Source: Phoronis australis (Eukaryota; Animalia; Phoronida). From it: a stretch of DNA of 64,000 nucleotides. Made by a program: the position numbers and the translations under genes. The first letter of the stretch is position 1; each line of letters begins with the position of its first letter. The stretch lies in contig NMRA01000280.1 in NCBI GenBank assembly GCA_002633005.1, forward strand, positions 202,080 through 266,079, in the 5' to 3' direction. The notes beneath the pieces were generated by a model. The model ran no database searches. It was not told the DNA's origin and was given only the letters and a program-made list of their open reading frames with translations. Shown here one piece after another: positions 38,815 through 51,200 of the stretch.

Positions 38815-41800
38815 TCATGACAGAAAATCCGTAGAAAAACCTAGGAAGTCGTCGCCAATGAGATCGGACATGGTTGACGGAGATGGAAAGACTGCTTCAT
38901 ACGAATCTTTGTCGTCGTGTTGGACTAGCTGAGCATAGGAGCAGACAGACGATTCGCTGACCTCGTTGGGTTTTGGACTAGTTTCTCCGCAGACTGCTTG
39001 CAGTACCTCATCTTGAAGTCGCTCCGGATGTGTAATGATAGACGTGGACTTGCTGATATTTCGCAATGCCATAAATGCATCTGAAAAAGTCAAAACATAT
39101 TTAAGAAAGACGAGCTATGTCCACGTCAACTCAGGGCTAGATTTGGCAATACGTGTGTCATGAATGCGGCTTCAGATTTTGTTTGGCAACCTCGTAAAAA
39201 TCCCAGGTTACCACGCCACATTGGAATACTCACTCAAACACTACTGGAAGTAACTAAGAGATGGAAGTTGGAATTGTGTGGCATAAACGGGAGGCCCTGA
39301 TATATTGGGTCCGAAAGGGAGAAATAGTCCATCTACTTGCACCCGAAACATCAAGTTTGCCTTCAGATAACTCATTTATTTATTTTCGGCACCCATCTAT
39401 GAGATTTAGCGACTGTAGTTCCCATTTATTAATTTTGCCAGGTCGCATTTGGCGAGATGACGTTATGCTAAGTGTCGAGCCCTGCAACATCAAGTTGCCC
39501 AGAGTTAATTAAGTCTGTTAAGATGCCGAGCAAATTCCAAGCGGCAAAGCAACTAAAGAATTAAACCAAAAGAAACATCAAATAGTTTATCATGACTAAC
39601 TTGCAGTGGCAACCACAACATGTAGTGAAATTATTGATTGACAACTTAATGTATGGAAGCTCACTAGATACACACCAAAAAAAACAGGTAGAATCTCCAA
39701 ACAAGAACTCAACTACAACTCAAATATATTTCCAATGGCAAATATTAAATATTAAAATTAAAACCAGCACAATCATAACCACTTAGCCACAACAATTTAC
39801 ACTACAAGCTACCAACGCTTGGGCATGCTCAGACTGTTCTCAACTCTTGTAACCCACAAGTCTGATACCTGGAGTCTTTAAGGAGGCATTAAACCCGTGG
39901 TTTCCCTCAAAAAAGTTTTGATTAAGGGCACTTATCGTTACGAAATTTATCTCAAAATGTTCCTTACTCAAAATTAGGTGTTATTTCAGGGATCCAGAAA
40001 ACCTTTACAATTCGTTATTTTTTCAGACCAAGCTGAAAGTTTATGAGATTGATCCGAGGATATTGCAGTGTCAGTTCTCCAAGAGCACAGAGATGACGGT
40101 AATAGTCTGATATAACGTGCCTGAATTTTAAGAACCAGTTTTCGCCACTGAATAACGGACATCAGACTGGTTCTCAAAATAAGGGCACGGTATATCAGAC
40201 TATTGCCAAGATGACTTTAAAACTGAGAAAGGAACAAGACAAGACAAGACCAATTTTTAACCGTAGGAGGCCTAAATAAACATTGTTTTTTTATAGAAAG
40301 CATGTGTTTAAACGCTTTTAACCTACATCACCTACACACGCCAAACACCAAACTGTGACTTCAGATACAATCTATATCTTACCTTTACGAAGTGCCTTCA
40401 AATCACAGTGACCATCTGCCCATTTGATGCCTTGTTCCACTAAATCAACAGGTTTGTGTGTGTCAACGGACTGAACGAAGCTGTCAAACATTGGCCTCAT
40501 GATCTTACTGAACTGAACACATAGTTGAGGATAATTCAAACATCTCCATCTTAGCACATTACTATTTCAGGTTTCTGCATACGTACCAAATGTACGCTGG
40601 GGACATGGCTTACAGTAAAAATTTTCTAAAAATGTTTATGAAAATCACCTACACAGAGTTGAAAATGACACTTTTTGGAAGTATTTCTTTTATGAGGGAG
40701 AGGAGGTCTGCCACAAGCAACTTGCGATTTGTACTTTTTTGAAAATGCCGACAATTCCTTAAAACACTGAGAATTAATTCAGCCATTCAGTTCTTACTGA
40801 AAGTTGAAACTATTAGTATCTTTCACAAACAAAATATGTTGTCGAAAATCCCTTACCAGTGTAGACATTTTTTTCTTGGTAATTACCGAGTAATAATTCA
40901 GTCATTCATTTCTAACTCAAAGTTGAAACCATTATTTTACATAAAAACAAACTCTCGAGGACCATGTTGGCAACTTCACAACAGTGGTCACCAAGAATTA
41001 CATGACGCATTTTCATAACCACAAGCTTACTTTGAAATTTGAGATTGTATTCCATTTACGAAATCACAAAATACCCCAATATCAAGTTTTACTAATTGTT
41101 GGCAAAGGTCATCTTTAAACGCGGTATGTCACTGGTTGCATTAAATGAAGGATACAATCCAATACTTCCAGTTCTCCTTAGTTTGCTTCTTGACGTGGTC
41201 ATCATACATTTTAGAGAACGCTGTTGGTTCTGCATTATTTGGAAGTTTGACTTCGTTTCGCACACCACAAGAGGGCAGTTGCATCTGGCACTCGCTAAAA
41301 ATACAAACAATATTTTAGTAAGAATTATAACCCATGATACGTTTTACCACAGTGGTTCAGTCACTGGTGTAAGTTCTTATGAAGAGAATGCAATTGAAAA
41401 TGCAATTTTGAAGAAAAAAAAAACAGAAAAAATTAATGCTTGTTGACTTGTGATACCTTGTTGTATTAGGCTGAGACCAAAGTTCTCTTCAGAGTGAAGT
41501 TATCTTCTTAGGAATACATATGGTTTATTCCACCAACTTGTCTATGCCAGACTACATTAAGCAGAGGCCACACCCACTTACCATATTTGGTGAGTCAATA
41601 GCTCCACCTCATTCTTCAGCAAAATCACCTGCTGTTGAAGACTCTTCTTGTCATTTTGCAGCTTGCGACAATAATCGGCACCTAAAAGAACATTGCAATA
41701 GTTATACAACCAGCCCAACTAAACACAGAATTCACCTACTCCAGCCTGGTTACACTGAAAACAGACAAAATAAGGGCACTGTTAATACCAGCAACGGACC

Positions 41801-43477
41801 TGAAAAAACATACAGAATGCTTGAGTTAATTACCTAAAGCAACAAATCATGTATAAGAACCTGCGGAAGACAAGCAAAGCTAGCTAGCAACTGTCACACA
41901 CACACAATGCATTTTAGAATAACTGGTAGGAAATGCACAATGAAAGGCCTCCCCAAACAAAGGCCTTCCCCTTGTGCTGTGATACCATGTATTACCTTTA
42001 TTCAGCTTTGTCGACTTGCTGTCGGCTTTGCAATCAATGGTGGGAACTAGGACCTCAAGATCGTGAAATCCAGTCTGTGTCAAAAAGAGAGGGGATGACA
42101 TAGGTCAGCACAACAGAGCAAAATCTTAGGGTAAATAAGATGTCGACTTACCACTGCTGGCCAAAACTTACCAAACAAATGGGTGGTACACGATGCGGAA
42201 TAACCGCCTAACTGACCTCTTTAGCTGTCATGCGACATCAATAGTTTCAGTCATGTGACCGCAACAGGTTCAGTCAAGTGACCTGGTGGCGGTGGACAGG
42301 CTTAATCTTTCATTGATGGACAGCAAAAATTTTCTGAGACTCTCTAGAATATACCTCAAACAATGAACATCTGGCCCCCCCAAAATAGCATTGTGCAGTT
42401 TTTGTTTATTTTATGCATTATGTGAATGAAACCAAATAGTCTGAAAATGGCAGAGACATAATTTAGGTTCATGAAGTTCTGAAAATGTAAAAGAGCTTGT
42501 AAAATATAATGAAGCCGTTTGAAATTAAATAATGCAATCAAAGAATCAAGAGTGATTTATATGCAAACAACATGAACATCTGACATTTCATCAATAAAAC
42601 ACAACTCTATCAAAACACAGCATATTTTAGAAATATGAAAAGAAATAGTATCACCAATATTAAGTCATCCAACTGTCAACAGCAATTTTTATACAAATGT
42701 GTTGTTAGCATCCATAATCCATACTTACCTTGATTTTCCCTCTTCTCTTTAGTTCTGCATTAATATGTGACTGCCTTTTATGTCTTGGTACTGGTTTGCC
42801 TTTTGTTGAAGTTGGCGAACAAGATGCACTGGAAGCATGACCCTGAAAGATACGCAACCCAGAGTTATCTCCTCTGGTACAAATCATTGGATTATCTCCC
42901 TTCCCAATTTCGCAGGAAGTTGAAAGCTCCGCCCCCTGACACGTTTCACTGTCCACGTGAACGTTCGGGTGTCGACATATGGTTCATACCTACAATAACA
43001 TCTAATTGGTCGACTTCTGTCACATGATCAACGTCAATCGCCAGGACTATAAAAGCAAAATCTTGCGAACGTGCAATTTCTATGCTGCAAGACACCGCCA
43101 GGATGACTACAACACTGGAGGAGGCGAAGTAGAAACGAAATTGTCATGCTCATCAACAATAGATAAACGAATACCAATGTCTAAACCATTGTATACCATA
43201 CACTTTGTGCACTGGAATGCAATGGGAACTTAAAAAATGAATTTTAAAGGCGATAAATTGAAAGAAATCGAACAACTCGAAGTCCGCCATTGTATGCAAT
43301 CAATAGCCAACGTGCAGATACTAGGCGCAATGGCTTGTCACGAGTAATATGGATCAAGATGAATAAATCGCTTACCTCTTTAAATACTGTGTCCTGAAGT
43401 TCCAAACAACTGAAAAGTTCCGTTTCGTCAAATTTCCAAGCCAGGAGCATTTCAGAACCATACTCTTCGGCTTTCAT
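38815..43477 (-). CDS. MLX-interacting protein (MondoA/ChREBP)-like bHLH-Zip-DCD factor, ~309 aa: exons 43376-43477, 42729-42842, 41996-42074, 41582-41681, 41156-41294, 40383-40512, 38815-39080
   Basis: Phase-consistent splicing gives basic region KRQSHINAELKRRGKIK, HLH TGFHDLEVLVP..SKSTKLNKGADYCRKL, a leucine zipper, then QMQLPSCGV..YDDHVKKQTKENWKYWIFSKIMRPMFDSF..WADGHCDLKALR..ALRNISKSTSIITHPERL, matching the Mondo DCD. The structure of exons 1-2 is less certain. Confidence 0.88.
40513..41155 (-). other. U12-type (minor spliceosome) GT-AG intron
   Basis: 5' splice site GTATCCTTC (41155-41147); branch-site-like TCCTCAAC (40531-40524) 8 nt before the CAG; no long pyrimidine tract. Confidence 0.85.
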
Positions 43478-44124
43478 TGTGAAAATCTTGGCGACGCGGA
43501 TTTGTGGCTATCCTCACCCACCGGTTAAAGACCTCTGATTGGCCGAGCGTAAATATGGGTCAGGATACGTGAGGTCGTGACCTGGCTGAAGGTCTGGATG
43601 AATTATTAAGTAACACAAAAATCCTTTCTTTTCGAAATAAATGAAAAATTAAACAACGCAATGAAAGTACGAATTGGAAAGATAANAGGCGATAAATTGA
43701 AAGAAATCGAACAACTCGAAGTCCGCCATTGTATGCAATCAATAGCCAACGTGCAGATACTAGGCGCAATGGCTTGTCACGAGTAATATGGATCAAGATG
43801 AATAAATCGCTTACCTCTTTAAATACTGTGTCCTGAAGTTCCAAACAACTGAAAAGTTCCGTTTCGTCAAATTTCCAAGCCAGGAGCATTTCAGAACCAT
43901 ACTCTTCGGCTTTCATTGTGAAAATCTTGGCGACGCGGATTTGTGGCTCTCCTCACCCACCGGTTAAAGACCTCTGATTGGCCGAGCGTAAATATGGGTC
44001 AGGATACGTGAGGTCGTGACCTGGCTGAAGGTCTGGATGAATTATTAAGTAACACAAAAATCCTTTCTTTTCGAAATAAATAAAAAAGTAAACAACGCAA
44101 TGAAAGTAAGAATTGGAAAGATAA
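43248..44124. repeat. 439-bp near-perfect tandem duplication of exon 1 and promoter of the Mondo-like gene, joined by a single N
   Basis: 43248-43685 vs 43687-44124, about 4 substitutions, N at 43686; probably a haplotype/contig-overlap artefact. Confidence 0.9.
43530..43585 (-). promoter_or_regulatory. Candidate proximal promoter of the Mondo-like gene (duplicated 439 bp higher)
   Basis: CCAATCAG box ~60 nt upstream of the ATG, adjacent GTCACGACCTCACGTA, CpG-enriched. Confidence 0.45.
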
Positions 44125-44344
44125 GTCAGATTTAACTGTTTCGTGTTCTTAAAGGGAAAGAAGTGCTAGAATAGTCAAAGTTGGTTTATGTAATACTCTC
44201 CCGGGGGGTACAAAGTTGTGTACGGGGTTTGTTTGCTCTGGATAAGCTGAAAATTGAGTTAGCTGACCGGACGGATTCAATGCAGTGGGCCAACTGCTCA
44301 GTGCAATTCTCGTCTCGTATAAGGCATTTCAAAGGCACCAATGG

Positions 44345-45316
44345 CAACACTATTACTTGTAGACTTTTAATGGAATGGCTGAAAACCTTGGTAAATTTAA
44401 GTCAATCATCTTTTCTAGGAATCGTGTACATAATAATGATAGGTATCTCCTGTCTGGTGATCATGATTGAGTGTGAGGAGTCCGTTAAGCTGCCGCTAGG
44501 TGTCCAACTTGATAGCCAGTTAAAATTCCATGAGCACGTTGATGTTATTTGCAAAAAAGCTTCTAGACAGATGAATGCCTTGTTCCGTCTTCGTAATGTT
44601 TTAGGCATTTACAGTAAGCTTAAGTTATATTACGCATTTATAAGATCCTATTTTAATCACTGCCCCCTCGTTTGGCACCTATGTGGAATAAAGAAAAGTA
44701 GGAAAATGGAAAAGATACGCCGTGCTTTAAAATTTGTGTTCAATGACAGCGAGTTCAGCTACTCACAACTCTTAAATAAGGCTAGGAGCTGCTCTCTAAC
44801 TAGTTGGCGGATGAAATGTTTATCTATTGGAGTATTCAAAAATGTTCATATTATTGGACCCTCTCCTTTGTCAGGAAAGCTTGAATTTAGAGAGTCTGGA
44901 TACGGTCTCAGGAGGTGAAAACTGTCTCTATGTGAAACGCTTTAATACGATGACTTAGTACGGATGTAACTCAATCTCCCATAAAGGTAATTTATTGTGG
45001 AACTCATTGCCATCAGTAATGAGACAATGTACTGCCTTAAATGAATTTCCCACTCTTGCTCATGATTTTTTGTCTGAGACCTGCTCTTGTGAAAACTGAT
45101 ATGGATGCATACACGCTCCGTAACATGTATGTGTACTTTTGTATTTATATTTATGTTTTAGTTCTGTATATTCTCCGTACTGTAGAATTAGCTAGTATTT
45201 TAGTTCTGTATCTTCATTTTGTAGATTTTAAATTTATTGGATAATAGCACTCGTGCTAACGTTTCATTGTTAAATCTCACCGACTTTTAAATAAAGATTA
45301 TTACTACTACTACTAC
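44345..45316 (+). mobile_element. 5'-truncated, decayed CR1/L2-group LINE (RT C-terminal region plus 3' tail)
   Basis: LGVQLDSQLKFHEHVDVICKKASRQMNAL..YYAFIRSYFNHCPLVWH.. and downstream LLWNSLP with frameshifts and stops; AATAAA at 45290 followed by an (ATT)/(ACT)n tail. Confidence 0.88.
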
Positions 45317-46409
45317 ACATTGTAAATCTCTTAACACCGATTAAACCTCAACAAACCAAGCATTACTACTTTTTACGACTGTCAAGGGGGGGGGGGGTTA
45401 AAGGAAATTGGCCTCACTGTTGTAAATGAACCCAAGAAAATCTCCTAATTCACACGGACACGTCTTCTGGGCCACAACCTGAAGCCATTTTACATACTAC
45501 TGGACACGACTGAGAGCAAGATTCGTGCCCCTCATTATGTCTTGTTGATTACAAGCTGATGTCCAGTAACAGAACTGTAAAACTTTGCCAGCTTAGCAGG
45601 TCAGGTTAATAGTGATAGGCCAGTCAGAAGAATATACAAATTCAACATTACGGGGTTGCACAAAAGGATGTTGCTTTAGTGCATGATTGTCTTTGTAAAG
45701 TGGGACGCTTTTGAGTTTCCGTCCACCAGGCTTGGAGCCCATGAACAACAAGGACTTGGAAAAAGGCATAGACTATACACACTTCTTTAGTTTGAAGTGC
45801 AACCTAGATTTAACCTTACATACTCGTTATATTGTTTATCTTAACCGACTCGTATTTCAATACCAACTTTACATGGCTTCTTATTAACCACAAAAATATT
45901 TTTTGGCTGAGACCATGCACTAAGCCTCATAAAATTGGTCTCAAATCATTAAAAAAATCAATGGTTCTTCAGGATACCCTCTTGAAACTCAACACAGCAG
46001 CAATAGATGGGGCATAAATTGAGCTCTGTTTTTGATGGCGACTGAAACGGTGCCCGAGCTATGAGAGTCGGCACTTTGATGTAGAGAACAAATTAAAACT
46101 TGAAGAACTTTTTAAACATTTTTTATTAATTCTTATAGTAAACTGCACTGTACATTCAATTAAGTTGATGCTAGATAGCAAAAAGAAGAATATGAATATG
46201 TGACATTACTCTGCCTGTACATTATCTGCTCAAAAAATCCATTTTTTTGCAAATATTGTAAAACAAACCTGATGCATACACTGACTCGATACATTTTTGA
46301 CAAATCAACATTTAAGTTGAGTGACAGAGAAAACTCTTCAGCCATGCCATGGAATTGCTTGCAATTCATTGATTAGCAGCCAAAACCCACATTTTGTCCA
46401 AGCAGAAAA

Positions 46410-46643
46410 TTTTTGATTTAGACCACTCAGTCAATCGGCATAAATTGGTCTCAAACTGAGATGGGAAGTGACTTCTGAGTATGCAAAGGAGTGGCAGTTC
46501 GTTATTCCTCTAGACCATGTTCTGTGCAACGACACACCAACTTGTAGAGCCTGGTCTCAAACAATAACAAACTACCATGCGGTTCTTTGGAAACAACTTG
46601 GAGACCAATTTTGTAATGGTTCACTGGTCTAAATCAAAAGCTT
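46410..46643. mobile_element. Palindromic MITE family; related pieces at ~26270-26340, 29480-29545, 47560-47620 and 50915-51185
   Basis: TTTTGATTTAGACCA...AATTGGTCTCAA / GAGACCAATT...TGGTCTAAATCAAAAG inverted arms recur at these sites. Confidence 0.55.
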
Positions 46644-48283
46644 GTTATTGTGACAGAAGGCAGTTTATGGCTGCTTAAATTGATCTTGGCAAAAAATAGC
46701 CTCCAAGTTTTTGGAAACAGGGTATTAGGCATCTTCAATTGCAATTCCAACTATGAACACAATGAAGTATACTTTACAGCGTTGCTCTTTTGACTTGCAG
46801 GTGAAGTAGCTGAAATACGTGATTAAGCTGCAGATGCTTTTATTGAGCTCACGTGCCAAGTGGTTTGATATAATCTTATACGCCTACGTATTTCCTGTGA
46901 AGTGAGATCATCAGAGCATAGTTTAAAACTGGGGGAAACTCATTATTTTTGATTTCGAAAGGTTTGCAAGTATTACCATATGACAGTAAATGCACACAAG
47001 TTGGACATGTATAAGTTGAAATTTAACGTAAGCAGCATAAACCAGATTTCCACAAGAAATAACTTTTGATTTAGGACTCCTGCTGCTCTAAATTTGGTCT
47101 TAATTTGTCCCTTACCCACATTGGAAGTGATTCCTGAGTTTGAGAACAATTGAAAATTCGTTATTGTGTGAAATCTTGGCAGGCTTGATCAGTGTTCATC
47201 CAGGATTTCAAAAAGAGGCGTCTCTCCTGATTTCTCAGTGGGTCCATGATTAATGACACGTGACTACTGCATTTTTATGATTTCGAGATAAATTCCTATC
47301 ATGGTGTGATACGTTTCTATGGAAACATGGGTCCGCAGTTAAGTTAATGTTATCTTGCATCATATTTAAGCCACTTTCGTATTCTAGACAGGCCTGTGAG
47401 TTCCCAGACCTGCAGTTATTAAATTAAAAGAGACACAAATGCTTACTTTCTTACTGTCCTATCAAGGAATATAATTTTGAGTCAGGGTGTCCATTTAGAT
47501 GGCCTGAACACCTGCTAGATGAAGGCCTGTTGTCACAGCATGTCATTTTGTGCCCAAAGCGTGGTCTCAATCACCAACAGCCCATCTGAGTAAGGAACAA
47601 GTTGAGACCAGCTTTATACGCCAGAAAGCCACCAAAATCAAAAATTATTTTTTGACCACCGAAGGAGGTTTTATAACCACTTCAGTACAGTTCATTACCT
47701 CGGTCCTTCAGATAAGTCGAAGTTCGACCTCAGATAAAATCGCTTGGTCTGCTTGGAAAGTTTTACTGCAATATGACGGGAAAAACTAGCAGTAACAAAA
47801 GACTATGGGCAATTCTACTTGAAGCTCATTTATGAGTGTATTATACATCACCAACAAATGCTTTCGGTCAGTAATTACCACAGGTAAAAAGTGCAAATAA
47901 AAACACATGAAACCGTGACTTTAAAAGACAAAACATGAATCAGTACAGAGTTTTTACAAACACTAAAGTAACATTACACTGTGGTTTATATTTTTGATTT
48001 TGGCTTCAGACGGAAGTCTCTTCAATGATCATGGCCAACAAAAGCCAAAAACTGTTCTTTTTATATTTTATTTCAACAGTATTGCTGAATACAGAAGATG
48101 ACATTATTGCCCAGAAATCTAGGCCAATTGAGTCGGCACTTACCCAGCATAAAGTTGCGCACAATCTTACAAATATTAAAGTACATAACGTGTAGTACAT
48201 ACTGACAACAGTCTGAACACCTATTTGAGAAACCATGTCACTTTTTATAATTGTTGTTGTTGCTGTAGTTGTTGTTGTTGTAT

Positions 48284-51200
48284 CTAAGCGCAGTGCTGTG
48301 CGTACTTGTTCTTTTGACTCTCTTGTATCTGTTCAACTTGCTTCTTCAAGTTGTTGTACAACTTCATGAGAGCTTCCTATAACAGGAAGAATGATTGACT
48401 ATGAGTTGATTACAAGCAGAAGGGCAAGAAGCCATACTGAACAAGACATGCTACAGCAAAGGTTCAAAGGTCAACCCACACAGATCAGGCACTGTGATAA
48501 AATTAAATGCATACAGCTATCACCATCCAATTTGATATGCCACAAATGAGATGGTGTTGCACACAAACTATGTGTTTGGACAAGTTAAAATTTCAACAAA
48601 GCAAAGTTAACATGACTTCGCCCACAGCTTTCACTGTGTGAAATATTGATCTTAGAATACACACACACACACCACTTGCATCACATTGCTTGTAATTTAT
48701 GTAACAAATATTTAAGGCGCATTCCTTCCTATTTAGTTGCTTAAAAAACATAAATCGAATTAGGTCCTTTACTCTCTTAAAATCAATCTCTTAATATTCC
48801 TTACTATGCACCAAATCAAGTCACAGACAAACTTTAAGAGGAAGAATACTATCAATTGACATTATATCAGAGCAAAGACAATGAAATAAAAGTGAATGTT
48901 CTGCAGACATGAACAAGGGGATGACCATACTGTTCTCAAGATACTAAAAGTTTCCCAAAATATATAACTATAATGACACCCTTTATCTGTTTTCAACAAG
49001 TTAGAGCACAGAATAAATTTAAGCAGTTAAATGTATAGCTGACTCGGAAATAGGAATATTTCATAGAGTTCTGCTTGTATTGCATTTTTTTGTGTTGACA
49101 TTCTGTCGGAGCTGTTCATTTCAGCAATATTTTTGTTCAGTTTGCACACTAACATTCTATGGTATGCAGGACCTGATCAACAAGTCTGCGTATTCAGCCT
49201 TATAATATTTAGAAAACTATAGAATTCATATCATCTGAAAGCAGAAGGAATGTAGAATTTGATATTTGACTTTGTACCAGACTGTTGTTGATTGGGTCAC
49301 ACGACCATGCCTTTTTAGTAAAATTTAACAAAAAAGAAAGGTACAACCATAGCAAACCAACAGTATCACTAACACGATCAAATTTCGCTTGATATAAACG
49401 CTCAAGAATTAAATGCCAACTTTCATGAAGATCCTTTAAGGGGTTTAGGATATACAGCTGCAGATGCCAGATGCCCAGATAGAGATAATGGCAATATGCA
49501 CCTGCATACGCATAGGTATAAGTAAGTGCATAAAATGAACAGAAGCCAGAAGAGGTGCTCTCTATGTGACCTGAGTTATAAACTTGATTGCCCATTAACA
49601 TTGCTATAAAAAGCCCATTAATACATCTAACTGTGATAACACTAGGGCATATTTCCACACACCTCATACTGATTTAATAACAGAAAAAGCATTCTAAGTT
49701 CGTTGAACGTGATCTCTGTTTCCTTTCACCTAGAGAATGTGATTAATGACCTATCTGCATTACCTAGACATTTCTTGGCATAACTAGGTATACCCTGTTT
49801 AGAAAGCCTGCCTGTTTGCCTGTGTAACCTGTCGGGTCAGTAGTTTATTGGCACATTGTAACATTCTTACATGTCTAGTAGCTAGAGCTGAGGTCAGATC
49901 CTAGCCTTGCATCAAACACTTGGGAATAAGAGATTTGGACTTACTCAAACACAATTCAAGGAGTTTTTTGGGTAGCAAGCTCTACCATAACAACAGGTGT
50001 TGGAAATCGCTTTTATCGGCATATGTGCAAGTTATTTTGGAAAGCCCAAGAAAAGCACTTCAGCCCACGAGACAGTACAAAACTAACAGACACTAGAGAC
50101 GTTTGTTTAGGAAAGCTTCACACGTGATTTACCAAAGCATGAATGCAAATCTAGCTTGTTATTGATCACAACAACAGTGCTATATGAAGTCCAATTCAGA
50201 ACTGCATTCACAACCTTCCCAAATACCAACTTTCATACGTCAGAACAATATTGTAAATGAACCACTTCCTTAGGTGAGAACAACACTACATGAACAACTA
50301 CCACAAAAACTTGGTGTTGATACTGATCACCACTGCGCCTCTCATACAAGCAGGGAATACTAAAAAGGTTGATAACACATTCACAGCTTTGGGGGGGGGG
50401 GGGNGGGGGGTGATTTTCATCCCACTTTTGCTCTTACTAATAAACACTGGGAGACCGTTTTTATCAAAGATTCAACGTCTGCTCATAGCTCAATAGGGTT
50501 GTAGACGCGTTATTGCGTGTCACTTTACCATTTATAAAGACGAAACATTAATCATTGAAAAGACATAAACCTGACTGTAGTTTGCATTCACCCCCATAAA
50601 ATGAACTGTTTACGATTGTCATCGTTAAAACCAGGCCATCAAACTTCAATAAAACCAGGTCTAGGCCTCTAATAGGGGCCATGCTAGGAGGACCTCCGAT
50701 ATTAAAAATGCCTGTGCTTCTACGAGACGACTAACAGTACTTACATTTTCATTGGTCAGACTGGTCATTTCCTTCATGGTGTTGAACTGACTGTCCACGC
50801 GTTCATCTCGTTGTAACTCCTCGGTTAGCTGCTGACTGTAACACAACAGTTTAGATATAGAGAGCTTGAAAGTGACTTCTGGTCACCATGATGAAAAGTA
50901 AAGCGACAATCACAAACTTTTGATTTAGACCACTTACTATAAATAAATTGATCTCAAATTGGTCTTTAGTCAAATTGGATATGATTTCAGCAATTTAAAA
51001 GAACAAACAGTTTGTTATCGTTTGAAACAAATCTCTTTGAATGGGCTTGTCACAGCATGGGGTCAACGACTAACGAACCGTCACCTCTTTGTAACCCCAG
51101 AGACCACTTTCCTTCTGAGTAATGAACAAGTTGAGATCCATTTTATAGAGGTAAGTTGTCTAAATCAAAAGTTCGCTTCTTGGACATAACAAGGATTTTA

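Noticed and set aside
43560-43585. ChoRE in the Mondo-like promoter
   Set aside because: The two E-box-like halves are 2 nt apart, not the 5 nt a ChoRE requires
44181-44918. 245-aa ORF as a host gene
   Set aside because: Chance fusion of unique sequence to a decayed LINE RT C-terminus
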